Made by a program: the position numbers and the translations under genes. From a bacterium (GTDB lineage Bacteria > UBA8248), in assembly GCA_965221165.1 (NCBI GenBank), contig CBDCRP010000003.1, positions 672,001 through 736,000 of the forward strand: DNA of 64,000 nucleotides, written 5' to 3'. Below the pieces are notes generated by a model. It saw nothing but the letters and a program-made list of their open reading frames with translations, was not told the origin of the DNA and did not search any database. Positions 1 to 8,996 of this stretch are shown here, piece after piece; the stretch's first letter is position 1; the number at the start of each line of letters is the position of its first letter.

Positions 1-155
1 CGCTCCTCCTTGCAGTTCGCGCAAGGACAAAGGGCTGCGAGGTAGTCGAAGCCATAGGCGCTCTTCTCACCCCCCGCCCACTCGACGCGAAGCTCGCGTG
101 CGAGCTTGTCCACCGTGAGATCGACGGGATGGGCCTTGTCCTCCGCTTCGCTCAT
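1..155 (-). CDS. DUF971/GBBH-like N-terminal domain protein (partial, runs off window)
   Basis: Not in ORF track. Manual translation MSEAEDKAHPVDLTVDKLARELRVEWAGGEKSAYGFDYLAALCPCANCKEE; CPCAxC motif; AGGAG SD upstream. Confidence 0.75.
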   Translation of the reverse strand, partial: MSEAEDKAHPVDLTVDKLARELRVEWAGGEKSAYGFDYLAALCPCANCKEE

Positions 156-189
156 GGCCTGGAGACTCCTCGATGGCGTTTATGGCGCA

Positions 190-849
190 TTATCTCGCCT
201 TGATTCCGTATTTCTCGTACTTCTTCGCCGAGGAGGAGCTGCGCTTGGCGGATTCGGGCGTCTTGAGTTCCAGCAGATAGGGCCGCTCGGCGGAGGTGGC
301 CTTCACGGCGTCCAGCAGTCCCCCCTCATCCCCCTCGTTTTCCCAGTCGCCTTCTTCGAGCTTCACGAAAACGGGCTTGCCCTCGCCGAAATCAAGGGTG
401 GGAACGCCGAAAATGCCTTGTTCCGCCGCGTCCTCATGCTCTTGCGCGATGAGGGGAACCGTGGCGCCGCTCTTCATGTCCTCCTCCCAGCGCTCGACGT
501 CCAGGCCTACCTCCACGGCGATGTCGCGCAGGACCAGTTCGCTGGTGATGTCCTTGCCGTCCCGGTGCTTCGCCCGGTGCAGCGCCACGTGGTACTTGTC
601 GAACTGGGTCTCGCCCTGTAAGGCCGCGCACTTGGCCGCCTGATGCGGGGGAAGATCCCTGCTCGGGAAGGCCTTATCCTCCCAGGCCTTCCAGTCCTCG
701 CCCCGCGCCGGGCCGAAATTCGCCTGCTCCAGCACGAAGGCCTTGTAATCCACTTTCAGATCGCTTCTTTTCTCCTGAAGGCGAACGAGCCACTCCATGG
801 CCCTGTAGGCGTAGGGTCAGACGTAGCAGTTCCACATGGTGACGTTCAT
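190..849 (-). CDS. DsbA/FrnE-like thioredoxin-fold protein, probable selenoprotein (UGA 817-819)
   Basis: AGGAGG SD and ATG at 849; MNVTMWNCYV-UGA-PYAYRAMEW continues in frame into ORF 190..798; GIFGVPT cis-Pro motif. Confidence 0.85.
787..803 (-). promoter_or_regulatory. candidate SECIS hairpin
   Basis: GGGCCA-UGGAG-UGGCUC, loop starts 20 nt after the UGA. Confidence 0.55.
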
Positions 850-956
850 GGTTTCCTCCTTAAAATGCGCCATAACGAAACATAATTTCGGCATCATACA
901 CCACACGAACAAAGATGAGAACACAGAGCGAAGCCTCATGAAACAGCCGTTTTACG

Positions 957-1556
957 CTAATTTCGAGGCTCCAGCGCCTTGTTCAGCAACGCTCCCGCGC
1001 CCGCATTCAAGGGAATCTCCCTGGCGATCTCCTGTCCGCGCGCGGACATTTTCGCCCACGTTTTCCGCAAAATACCGACGATTTTCTCCTCGTCATGAAG
1101 CCGGGAAAAATCCCAGAAATAGCTCTCCAAAAACACCAGGCAGGCGACATCCTCCAGCGTTTGGGTTTCAGGGTCGGACTTCAAACCTTGTTTTCTCAAC
1201 AACATCCGCACCCGGGTTATCGTTTCCTCGTCATAACCCACCTTTTCGAGAATCTCGGCAACTTTTTCCCCATGATAGTCGTAAAGACGGGTCCGCCATT
1301 GGTGATAGCCCTTGCGATCCAGAGGATAATCCGAGCGTGGAATCTCCCACCTGCATATATGCTGGCTGCGAACCGCCAGACGCAGGGCTTCAGAGGCTTG
1401 CGGTTCTATGGTTTCGAGCCACTTCGTCATTCTCATCGAGTATAAAAGCTCTTTGGGATAATCCTCGCCCTCGAAACTCTCGGTATTCGGATCCTGAGAA
1501 TTCGCTCCATCGATACAACGCAACGCATCTTCAAAACGTGTGAATTTTTCACTCAT
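957..1556 (-). CDS. DUF4202 family protein
   Basis: IDxANxxDPN, HICRWEIPRxDYP, LEDVACLVFL, KTWAKMS motifs; start re-picked at MSEKF. Confidence 0.8.
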   Translation of the reverse strand: MSEKFTRFEDALRCIDGANSQDPNTESFEGEDYPKELLYSMRMTKWLETIEPQASEALRLAVRSQHICRWEIPRSDYPLDRKGYHQWRTRLYDYHGEKVAEILEKVGYDEETITRVRMLLRKQGLKSDPETQTLEDVACLVFLESYFWDFSRLHDEEKIVGILRKTWAKMSARGQEIAREIPLNAGAGALLNKALEPRN

Positions 1557-1636
1557 CGCTTTTACCTTCTTGGTGGTGATAGATATCAACAGCATCATTC
1601 TAAGCAAAACGGCATTAGAATAAACTCCTCTTTGGG

Positions 1637-1665
1637 TTGACAAAAATGAGGAACAGGAATATTTT
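1637..1665 (+). promoter_or_regulatory. sigma70-type promoter of the cobA-reductase operon
   Basis: TTGACA-17 nt-TATTTT in an AT-rich divergent intergenic region. Confidence 0.6.
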
Positions 1666-1673
1666 CCAAGAAA

Positions 1674-1692
1674 GTTAAGTAATTTACTTAAC
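1674..1692. promoter_or_regulatory. palindromic operator candidate
   Basis: Perfect inverted repeat GTTAAGTAA-T-TTACTTAAC just downstream of the -10. Confidence 0.6.
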
Positions 1693-1731
1693 AATAAAAA
1701 GAAAAAATTACACTTCATACAGGAATCTCTC

Positions 1732-2541
1732 ATGTATTCAGGAAATGTGCAGATCGTGGGAGCAGGCCCCGGGGATCCGGACTTGCTTACACTCAAGGCG
1801 GCTAAAGCCTTATCAAACGCAGATGTGGTTATTTTTGATCGCCTCGTGAACCCTGAGATTCTTCAACTTTGCCCGGAAAACTGCCAATTCGTCGACGCTG
1901 GAAAATCCAGCGGGCGCCACACTATGAGCCAAGACGACATCAACGAATCTCTCATCCATTTCGCTCATCGTGGCTTTCAGGTAGTGCGCCTGAAAGGGGG
2001 CGACCCTTTCGTATTCGGGCGTGGCGGCGAAGAAGCGCAAGCCTTGGCCGAAGCCGGTATCCATTATGAAATCATACCGGGTATCAGTTCCGCCTTGGCT
2101 GTGCCCGCCTATGCCGGAATACCCGTCACACACCGAAATCTCGCTTCATCATTCACCGTTGTGACAGCCCATGAAGACCCGAAGAAACCAGAAACACAAG
2201 TGGACTACGCGCATTTGGCAAAGGATAATGGAACGCTCGTTTTTCTCATGGGGGCGCGTTCCATCGGTCGCATATCAGCCGCTCTCATGGAAAACGGCAT
2301 GTCTAAAGACACGCCCACCGCGATAATCGAAAATGGAACCACGAACAGGCAATTGGCCTATCGCTCTCCTTTGGGAGAAGCATCGAGCCTTGCACAACGC
2401 GAAGAAGTATCCCCACCCGCCGTTTTCCTGGTGGGACCAGTCGCCGGCATTGAAGACCTCATTTGGTTCGAGGCAGATGAAAGTCAAGAAATCTCCTGGC
2501 GCTGTTCCACGGAAGAACTCCTCAGTAAAGCTACTTCATAA
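1732..2541 (+). CDS. cobA: uroporphyrinogen-III C-methyltransferase
   Basis: VGAGPGDPDLLT, RLKGGDPFVFGRGGEE, PGISS motifs. Confidence 0.95.
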   Translation: MYSGNVQIVGAGPGDPDLLTLKAAKALSNADVVIFDRLVNPEILQLCPENCQFVDAGKSSGRHTMSQDDINESLIHFAHRGFQVVRLKGGDPFVFGRGGEEAQALAEAGIHYEIIPGISSALAVPAYAGIPVTHRNLASSFTVVTAHEDPKKPETQVDYAHLAKDNGTLVFLMGARSIGRISAALMENGMSKDTPTAIIENGTTNRQLAYRSPLGEASSLAQREEVSPPAVFLVGPVAGIEDLIWFEADESQEISWRCSTEELLSKATS

Positions 2542-2609
2542 ATACCGGGTCTCGGCCTGGCTCCAAATTCATTATCCGATATTTGCATAGTTGTTCATGT
2601 GAGGAGCAT

Positions 2610-4418
2610 ATGATGCACGAAGAATCACTAAAATTAGTGTCTCAAGAAAAATTGGGCGTCATCCCGGTGATTCCTGAAGAACTCGATGACTTTGAAACGG
2701 AAGCCACAAAATTTCAAAATGGAGAAATCGACAACAGCGCGTTTCTTCCTTATCGCTTAAGACGCGGCGTATATGGCCAACGCCAGGCGGATGCGCAGAT
2801 GGTGCGCGTAAAAATACCATTTGGTGGTCTGAGCGCTTCTCAGTTCGAAGCCCTGGGGCGCGTATCTCGTGATTACGCGCCATTGGGAAAAGGCCACGTG
2901 ACGACACGGGAAAATGTGCAGTTTCACTTTGTGCCGCTCTGCCAAGCCACTGATGTGTTGAGGCTTCTCGGCGAAGTGGGGCTCACCACGCGAGAAGCGT
3001 GTGGAAATTGTGTGAGGAACGTCACCGGTTGTCCCTATGCGGGTGTCTGCAAGGATCAGGTTTTCGATACCACACCTTATGCAGGCGCATTCGCACGTTA
3101 CTTTGTGCGCAAGGACTTCACGCAGGACCTCCCACGCAAATTCAAAGTAGCCTTCTCCAGTTGCGCTTCGGACTGTGTAGTCGGTGGAATCCATGACATC
3201 GGTTTCATTCCCGTCATCAAAGAGGTGGAAGGAACATCCGTCCATGGATTCAAGATGCTCGTCGGCGGCGGACTCGCCACTTTCGCGCGCACCGCCGAGG
3301 CGCTTTACGAGTTCGTTCCGGTGTCTGATTTCTTGAGGGTGAGTGAAGCCCTCATCCGGGTTTTTGATCAAGCTACTGAACTCAGGAAATCCCGCTTCAA
3401 GGCGCGCATCAAGTTTCTGGTGAGCTGGATCGGCATAGACGGACTGCGCGAACGTGTTGAGGAAGAACTCAAACAGGATTGGACGAAAGAACCCGTCAAT
3501 CCTGAACCCTATCTTTGGAAAGACGACGAAGACGCAGACGCTCCACCCGTCTTGAACACTTTCCACGGGGCGGGATTAAACCCAAATGGTGATACGGCGG
3601 ATTATTACGCCTGGAGGAATACGAACGTCACCGAGCAAAGGCAAGGAGGCTATTTCGCCGTCGAGGTTAAACTACCATTAGGAAACATTCTTACGGATCA
3701 GTTCTTCACTTTGGCCGATCTTACCCGACGTTTCGCGAGAGGGCGCGCAAGAACGAGTTTCGAGCAAAACATTGTCCTCAGGTGGGTACGCGAAGGAGAG
3801 CTTTATCCCCTCTGGAAAGAGCTTCAGCGTATCGGACTAGCCGAAAGAGGCGCCCGTGAGATATCCGATGTGGTCTCCTGCCCGGGCACGGATTCATGCA
3901 AGCTCGGCATTACCTCCTCCATGGGCTTGGCGAGCGCCATACGCGAAGCGCTCCAGGAAACCGAGCACGACGACCCTCTCACGCGGGAGATACACATCAA
4001 GATGAGCGGTTGTCCGAATTCGTGCGGCCAGCATCACATTGCCAATATAGGCTTTCATGGGGGAACGCTCCGGGCAAATGGCGCGATGCTCCCCGCTTAT
4101 GAAATTTTCCTCGGCGGCCAATATGAAGAAACCGATGGCAAAATCCGCATCGGCAAGCGCATTCAGGCTCGGATTCCCGCAAAGCGTGTTCCCGATGCGC
4201 TCAAGAAAATGTTGTCTCACTACCAAGAAAACAGGAGCGAAGACGAACGTTTCAATGATTTTTTGGACCGTGTCGGTAGTGTTTCTTTCGAGGACTTATT
4301 GCGAGAGTTTCACATTTCAGGTCAATTCAACGATAAACCTGATTCCGATTTGTTCATCGACTGGAGTCAGGAGAAACAATACGTACTGGAAAGAGGAGAA
4401 GGTGAATGCCTGGCCTAG
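2610..4418 (+). CDS. siroheme-dependent nitrite/sulfite reductase (ferredoxin type)
   Basis: RRGVYGQRQ, TTRENVQ, LPRKFK, SCPGTDSC and SGCPNSCGQH siroheme/4Fe-4S motifs; GAGGAG SD. Confidence 0.9.
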   Translation: MMHEESLKLVSQEKLGVIPVIPEELDDFETEATKFQNGEIDNSAFLPYRLRRGVYGQRQADAQMVRVKIPFGGLSASQFEALGRVSRDYAPLGKGHVTTRENVQFHFVPLCQATDVLRLLGEVGLTTREACGNCVRNVTGCPYAGVCKDQVFDTTPYAGAFARYFVRKDFTQDLPRKFKVAFSSCASDCVVGGIHDIGFIPVIKEVEGTSVHGFKMLVGGGLATFARTAEALYEFVPVSDFLRVSEALIRVFDQATELRKSRFKARIKFLVSWIGIDGLRERVEEELKQDWTKEPVNPEPYLWKDDEDADAPPVLNTFHGAGLNPNGDTADYYAWRNTNVTEQRQGGYFAVEVKLPLGNILTDQFFTLADLTRRFARGRARTSFEQNIVLRWVREGELYPLWKELQRIGLAERGAREISDVVSCPGTDSCKLGITSSMGLASAIREALQETEHDDPLTREIHIKMSGCPNSCGQHHIANIGFHGGTLRANGAMLPAYEIFLGGQYEETDGKIRIGKRIQARIPAKRVPDALKKMLSHYQENRSEDERFNDFLDRVGSVSFEDLLREFHISGQFNDKPDSDLFIDWSQEKQYVLERGEGECLA

Positions 4419-4858
4419 AAAAACAATTGGAATTTTTAGACGAGAAATCCGAGGACAAAGTGAAAACGGCGGTATTGCTCGTTGGGCACGGCAGCCGCGC
4501 CCAAAATGCCAATGATGCGCTTTTCCTCGTCGTGGACCATTTTCAAAAAGCATGGTCGCATCGCATAGTAGAGGCCGCATTTTTGGAGATCAGTCACCCT
4601 TCCATTCCCGAAGGAATAGATCTTTGCGTAAATAAAGGGACTGAGAGAATTATCGTCATCCCCTACTTCCTTTTCAAAGGCAATCACGTAAAAATAGACT
4701 TACCCGTTTTCATTAAAGAAGGCCGCAGCAAATACCCGGATATCGATATCATTTTAGGCCCGCATCTCGGGTTTCATCCTAAAATGATCGAGATCGTCGA
4801 AGAACGAATCCAACAAGTGCTCGATACGCTAAAATTCAAGGAGAATGTACTCCAATGA
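4406..4858 (+). CDS. sirohydrochlorin chelatase (CbiX/SirB family)
   Basis: VGHGSR, AFLE, PYFLFxGNHVxxDLP, LGFHP motifs. Confidence 0.85.
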   Translation: MPGLEKQLEFLDEKSEDKVKTAVLLVGHGSRAQNANDALFLVVDHFQKAWSHRIVEAAFLEISHPSIPEGIDLCVNKGTERIIVIPYFLFKGNHVKIDLPVFIKEGRSKYPDIDIILGPHLGFHPKMIEIVEERIQQVLDTLKFKENVLQ

Positions 4859-5829
4859 CCCACAAAAATGGTTCCGCCCGACCTATCGCCATTTATTATG
4901 AACATCCCGAGTGGTTCAAAAAGCTCTTTGACGAACTCGACAGGCGAGGCGTGGAATATGAAAAAATAGAAGCCCACAACCATCGCTTCGACCCGACGGA
5001 AACAGAATCGCCTTATTCGTTGATTGTAAACCGGATGAGCCCATCTGCATGGGCGCGCGGGCATACGCATGCGATACCCTACACACTCGAATATTGCGCG
5101 CATCTCCAAGCAATTGGTGCCAACGTGATCAACGGCTACGAGGCCTATCTCCATGAATTCTCAAAAGTGCGGCAAACCCGTCTACTCAAGAGCCTGGGCG
5201 TCAACCATCCAAAGTCACGGGTGATAAACCATCCCTCCCAGGCCCCTTCGGCGGCTGAGGGATTCGGTTTTCCCGTCATTACGAAGGCAAACATCGGCGG
5301 CAGCGGCGCCGGGATACAAAAATATGATACGCCTCAAGAACTCCAAAAGGCTGCGGATGAAGCGAGCATCGATTTTGGCATCGACAATGTGGCGCTCGTT
5401 CAGGAATACATTCCGCCGCGTGGAGAGCAAATCGTCCGCGTCGAAGTTTTGAACGGTAAATTTCTTTATGCGATCCAACTGGCTTTGCTGGACCCGAACT
5501 CTTTTAATCTCTGCCCGGGCAGTTATTGCCGCCGAAATGATGAAATTGCGTGTGGCGTGAACGGCAGAAACGCCTTGATTGAGAAGGTCGCACCGCCGCA
5601 AGAGGTAATAGACACAGTCGAGAGAATCATGCGGGAAGCTGGCATAGAGGTCGGTGGGGTCGAGTATTTGGTGGGTGATAAAGATGGGGAAATATATTAT
5701 TACGACATCAATGCACTTTCCAATTTTGTGGACGATGCGCAAAATATTGTTGGCTTCGACCCCTGGCCGCTGATGGCCGACTTCGTCCTCGAACGCGCGC
5801 AACACCCCGCTTCCGTACTGAGAGTTTAA
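4855..5829 (+). CDS. RimK-like ATP-grasp ligase
   Basis: KANIGGSGAGI, VQEYIP, YYDINALSNF; ATGA overlap with the chelatase gene. Confidence 0.8.
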   Translation: MTHKNGSARPIAIYYEHPEWFKKLFDELDRRGVEYEKIEAHNHRFDPTETESPYSLIVNRMSPSAWARGHTHAIPYTLEYCAHLQAIGANVINGYEAYLHEFSKVRQTRLLKSLGVNHPKSRVINHPSQAPSAAEGFGFPVITKANIGGSGAGIQKYDTPQELQKAADEASIDFGIDNVALVQEYIPPRGEQIVRVEVLNGKFLYAIQLALLDPNSFNLCPGSYCRRNDEIACGVNGRNALIEKVAPPQEVIDTVERIMREAGIEVGGVEYLVGDKDGEIYYYDINALSNFVDDAQNIVGFDPWPLMADFVLERAQHPASVLRV

Positions 5830-5880
5830 CGAACACCAAAAGCGCTTTGATGCGCACGCACACTTTTCTATAATGCGGGG

Positions 5881-6777
5881 GTGTTAGAGACAGCCGCCGT
5901 ATACGCCCTCATATCAGCAATTCTACTTGCGCTAAGGGATATCTTCGGACGCTTCGCGGTTCGTGGCATAGATCCCATCACGGGAACAGCCTTCACCGCT
6001 GTAATCGGTCTTCCCATTCTCTGGACCGTCTCCGTTTTGAGAGGAGATTTTTCAGACCCTTGGCCGGATTTCGGCTGGCCTCTTCTTTTCATCGCCATCG
6101 CGGGGATTTTCAGAGTCTGCGTTGCGCGTACGATGCTCTTCGCCGCCACGCAGCACATCGGGTCCGCACGTACGAGCACCATCGTCGCGACGAATCTGAT
6201 ATTCGCCGTATTCTTCGGCGTCGTCTTGCTGGGAGAAGCGCTTACATCAACCATCGGGCTGGGCGCCCTCCTGGTATTTGGCGGATACCTTTTCATTGCC
6301 GGGAGTCATGCCAATCATCAAGGGGGGGAATCTCCCAAAAACCTGTACATCGGAATGGGATTGGCTCTCGGTTGCGCACTGGCCTTTGGAGCGGCCGCGG
6401 TGCTTGTGCGGCCATCGGTGGGGTTCTTCACCTCCGCAAACGAGGCGAACTTTTATTCCAACATTTTTGCGGTAGCAGCTTTTTTGCCTTTCCTCTTCCG
6501 CAAAGGAAAAATAAGCGAAATCAAAAGCTGGACCCCAAGCAACTGGACATTTCTCGCATTGGCCGGTTTGTCCGCAAGCATCGGCGTCACGTTTTTATAT
6601 CTCGCGCTGGCACATGCGCCCGTTGTCTATGCCTTCCCCATCTCGCAATCAAGACCTTTGTTCGCTATCGCGATATCGTGGGTTTTTCTCCAGTCAGAAG
6701 AGAAAATGAACTGGCGCGTCGTGGCAGGTGCGCTTACCATCTTTCTGGGTACGATTATTCTGATTTTCAACAAGTAA
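5881..6777 (+). CDS. EamA/DMT family transporter
   Basis: About 10 hydrophobic segments in two repeats, LLGE and EKM motifs. Confidence 0.85.
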   Translation: MLETAAVYALISAILLALRDIFGRFAVRGIDPITGTAFTAVIGLPILWTVSVLRGDFSDPWPDFGWPLLFIAIAGIFRVCVARTMLFAATQHIGSARTSTIVATNLIFAVFFGVVLLGEALTSTIGLGALLVFGGYLFIAGSHANHQGGESPKNLYIGMGLALGCALAFGAAAVLVRPSVGFFTSANEANFYSNIFAVAAFLPFLFRKGKISEIKSWTPSNWTFLALAGLSASIGVTFLYLALAHAPVVYAFPISQSRPLFAIAISWVFLQSEEKMNWRVVAGALTIFLGTIILIFNK

Positions 6778-6950
6778 AACATTGTGACATTTTGTGAGGG
6801 AGAATTGACAAGATAGTCGGCCCTTCATTCTGGAATCAATGATTGTGTGAGGGTCCTCGCGGGAAAAAAATGTGTTGCATGCAACTGGACGTTGGACTAC
6901 ATTTGCAATGAACACTAAATTGCACTAACCATTCAGGAGAACACCACGCC

Positions 6951-7289
6951 ATGATGAATATCGGGGAAGAAAAATCGGATTCTGTGATCGTCCTTACGAT
7001 TGAAGGGCGTGCCGACGGCCTCACCGCACCGGAACTGGAAAACCGAATTTCGGAAATCGTCGATCGTGGTGATACCAATGTCCTGCTTGATTGCGACAAG
7101 ATGACATACGTCAGCAGCGCCGGGCTGCGCATATTTCTCACCGGCGCCAGAAAATGCCAGCAAAACGGCGGCAAATTGATGATCTGCGCGCTACAGCCCG
7201 ATTGCAAGTCAGTGATAGAAACCAGCGGTTTCCATACCGTAATCGATTGCCACGACACCCGTGAGGCAGCACTCGCGGCGGTTTCATAA
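6951..7289 (+). CDS. STAS domain anti-sigma factor antagonist
   Basis: YVSSAGLR phosphorylation-site motif, 112 aa. Confidence 0.9.
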   Translation: MMNIGEEKSDSVIVLTIEGRADGLTAPELENRISEIVDRGDTNVLLDCDKMTYVSSAGLRIFLTGARKCQQNGGKLMICALQPDCKSVIETSGFHTVIDCHDTREAALAAVS

Positions 7290-7300
7290 AGGAGCACTCC

Positions 7301-7954
7301 ATGCTGACATTTGTCGATGAAATCCTGTTGCTGATGCTGGATGACGAGAAAGGTTCGTTCCTCCCCATTCGCGAAAGCACGATGGGATATGTGCTCGCGG
7401 GCGCGGTGCTAATGGATCTGGCATTTGCAAACCGCATCGACACCGACCCCAACCAGTTGATGGTTCTGGACAAAACCCCCATCGGTCACCGGGTGCATGA
7501 CCGGATTCTCGACAGCATCGCGGCTTCCACCGAAGCCAGGGATACAAAGGCCTGGATTGAAACAATTTCCCGGGAGGCGGCCGAAATACGCAGTCAATCA
7601 CTCTCCAGCCTTGTTGATAGCGGTATTCTGGAATCCCAGGAGGAAAAATTCCTGTGGGTCTTCCGGGCGCGGAGATATCCGACGATCGATGGCCGCGCCG
7701 AGCGTGAAGTGAAGCTGCGCATCACCGGCGTATTACTATCGGATGAAACTCCGGATCCAAAAGATGTCGCTATCATCTGCCTCGCTGATGGATGCAACAT
7801 TCTGCGTGACGTGTTTTCCGACAAGGAGATCAACCGGATCCGCCCCCGTATTGATCAGGTTCGCAAGCTGGACCTCATCGGCCGTGAAGTCAGTGGCGCG
7901 ATCATGGAAATAGAACAAGCGATCATGGCGGCGATGACGCATGCCCACCACTAA
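7301..7954 (+). CDS. GPP34 (GOLPH3-like) family protein
   Basis: LTFxDEILLLMLDD, LAGAVLMDL, LVDSGIL..KFLWVF..RYP pattern. Confidence 0.8.
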   Translation: MLTFVDEILLLMLDDEKGSFLPIRESTMGYVLAGAVLMDLAFANRIDTDPNQLMVLDKTPIGHRVHDRILDSIAASTEARDTKAWIETISREAAEIRSQSLSSLVDSGILESQEEKFLWVFRARRYPTIDGRAEREVKLRITGVLLSDETPDPKDVAIICLADGCNILRDVFSDKEINRIRPRIDQVRKLDLIGREVSGAIMEIEQAIMAAMTHAHH

Positions 7955-8086
7955 TAATCGGGGATTTTGAACTTTCACTGAAACGACGGGCGACACCATC
8001 TTCGATTCAAGGGCAGCCGAGGAGGAGTCTATCCTCTCTGGCTGAAACCAGAAGAGTCGGGCACAAACGTATCACATACGCCTTGC

Positions 8087-8545
8087 CTATATATTTCCGA
8101 TATTTCGCTTGCGCACCAAATGTACGCCTCGCATCGAGAGCACCAGTTCGTTTTCCTGGTTGAATGTCCTGAAATCCATGAGGACAATCCCACGCCCAGG
8201 CTCCGAGCGGGAGGCTCTCGTCTCGAGGACTTCCGCCTCGACACGCAAGGTGTCTCCAGGGCGAACGGGCTTTATCCAGCGGATGGAATCCATGCCGGGC
8301 GAACCCATTCCCGTGGTTCCGATAACGCCCGTATCGATAAACAGACGAAACGACGTGCCTATCGTATGAAACCCACTCGCAATAATTCCGCCGTATGGAG
8401 ACTCGGCCGCCGCTTCCTCATCGATATGGAATGGCTGCGGGTCATATAACTTGGCAAACTCTATGATTTCTTCTGTCGAGAGTGATTTTTCTTTCGTATG
8501 AAACTTCTCGCCGACCCTGAAATCCTCAAAATATTTTTCTCTCAT
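8087..8545 (-). CDS. MaoC family dehydratase
   Basis: YFEDF, YDPQPFHID, IASGFHT, PVRPGDTL. Confidence 0.9.
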   Translation of the reverse strand: MREKYFEDFRVGEKFHTKEKSLSTEEIIEFAKLYDPQPFHIDEEAAAESPYGGIIASGFHTIGTSFRLFIDTGVIGTTGMGSPGMDSIRWIKPVRPGDTLRVEAEVLETRASRSEPGRGIVLMDFRTFNQENELVLSMRGVHLVRKRNIGNI

Positions 8546-8569
8546 CGGAATTAACCATGCAATCTCATG

Positions 8570-8968
8570 TTACGCCGAGGTTCCGGGATATTTCTTCTCT
8601 GCTTCCTCGGCCCCTTGCGCCATGTTGTAATCCTCATCGAGTTCCCCCGTTCCGGCAGGGAACTTGACGGTGAAAAAAGTGGCTTCACCATCTACGGCCC
8701 GGCTTCTGTGGTTCGTATACCTGGGAATATGAATCAAATCCCCACGCTCTACGATCTTATCTTCCTCGCCGAGTATATAGTGCAGCTTGCCATCCAGAAT
8801 AAGTGTGAACTGCTCTTCATTCGGGTGCATGTGCAGCGGAGGGCCCTCACCCTCCGGCTTCGTGACGATACCCACTTTCATGAATTCGCCCACAACGCTT
8901 TTGGCCCGGACTTTGGGATTCGTTTTGCTGTTGCTTTCCTTCATTCCCTCGATTTCATAAAAAGGCAT
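8570..8968 (-). CDS. cupin domain protein
   Basis: HMHPNEEQ and GDLIHIP..NH motifs. Confidence 0.85.
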   Translation of the reverse strand: MPFYEIEGMKESNSKTNPKVRAKSVVGEFMKVGIVTKPEGEGPPLHMHPNEEQFTLILDGKLHYILGEEDKIVERGDLIHIPRYTNHRSRAVDGEATFFTVKFPAGTGELDEDYNMAQGAEEAEKKYPGTSA

Positions 8969-8996
8969 TCATTTTCCTCTCTATCATTTGAGCTAT

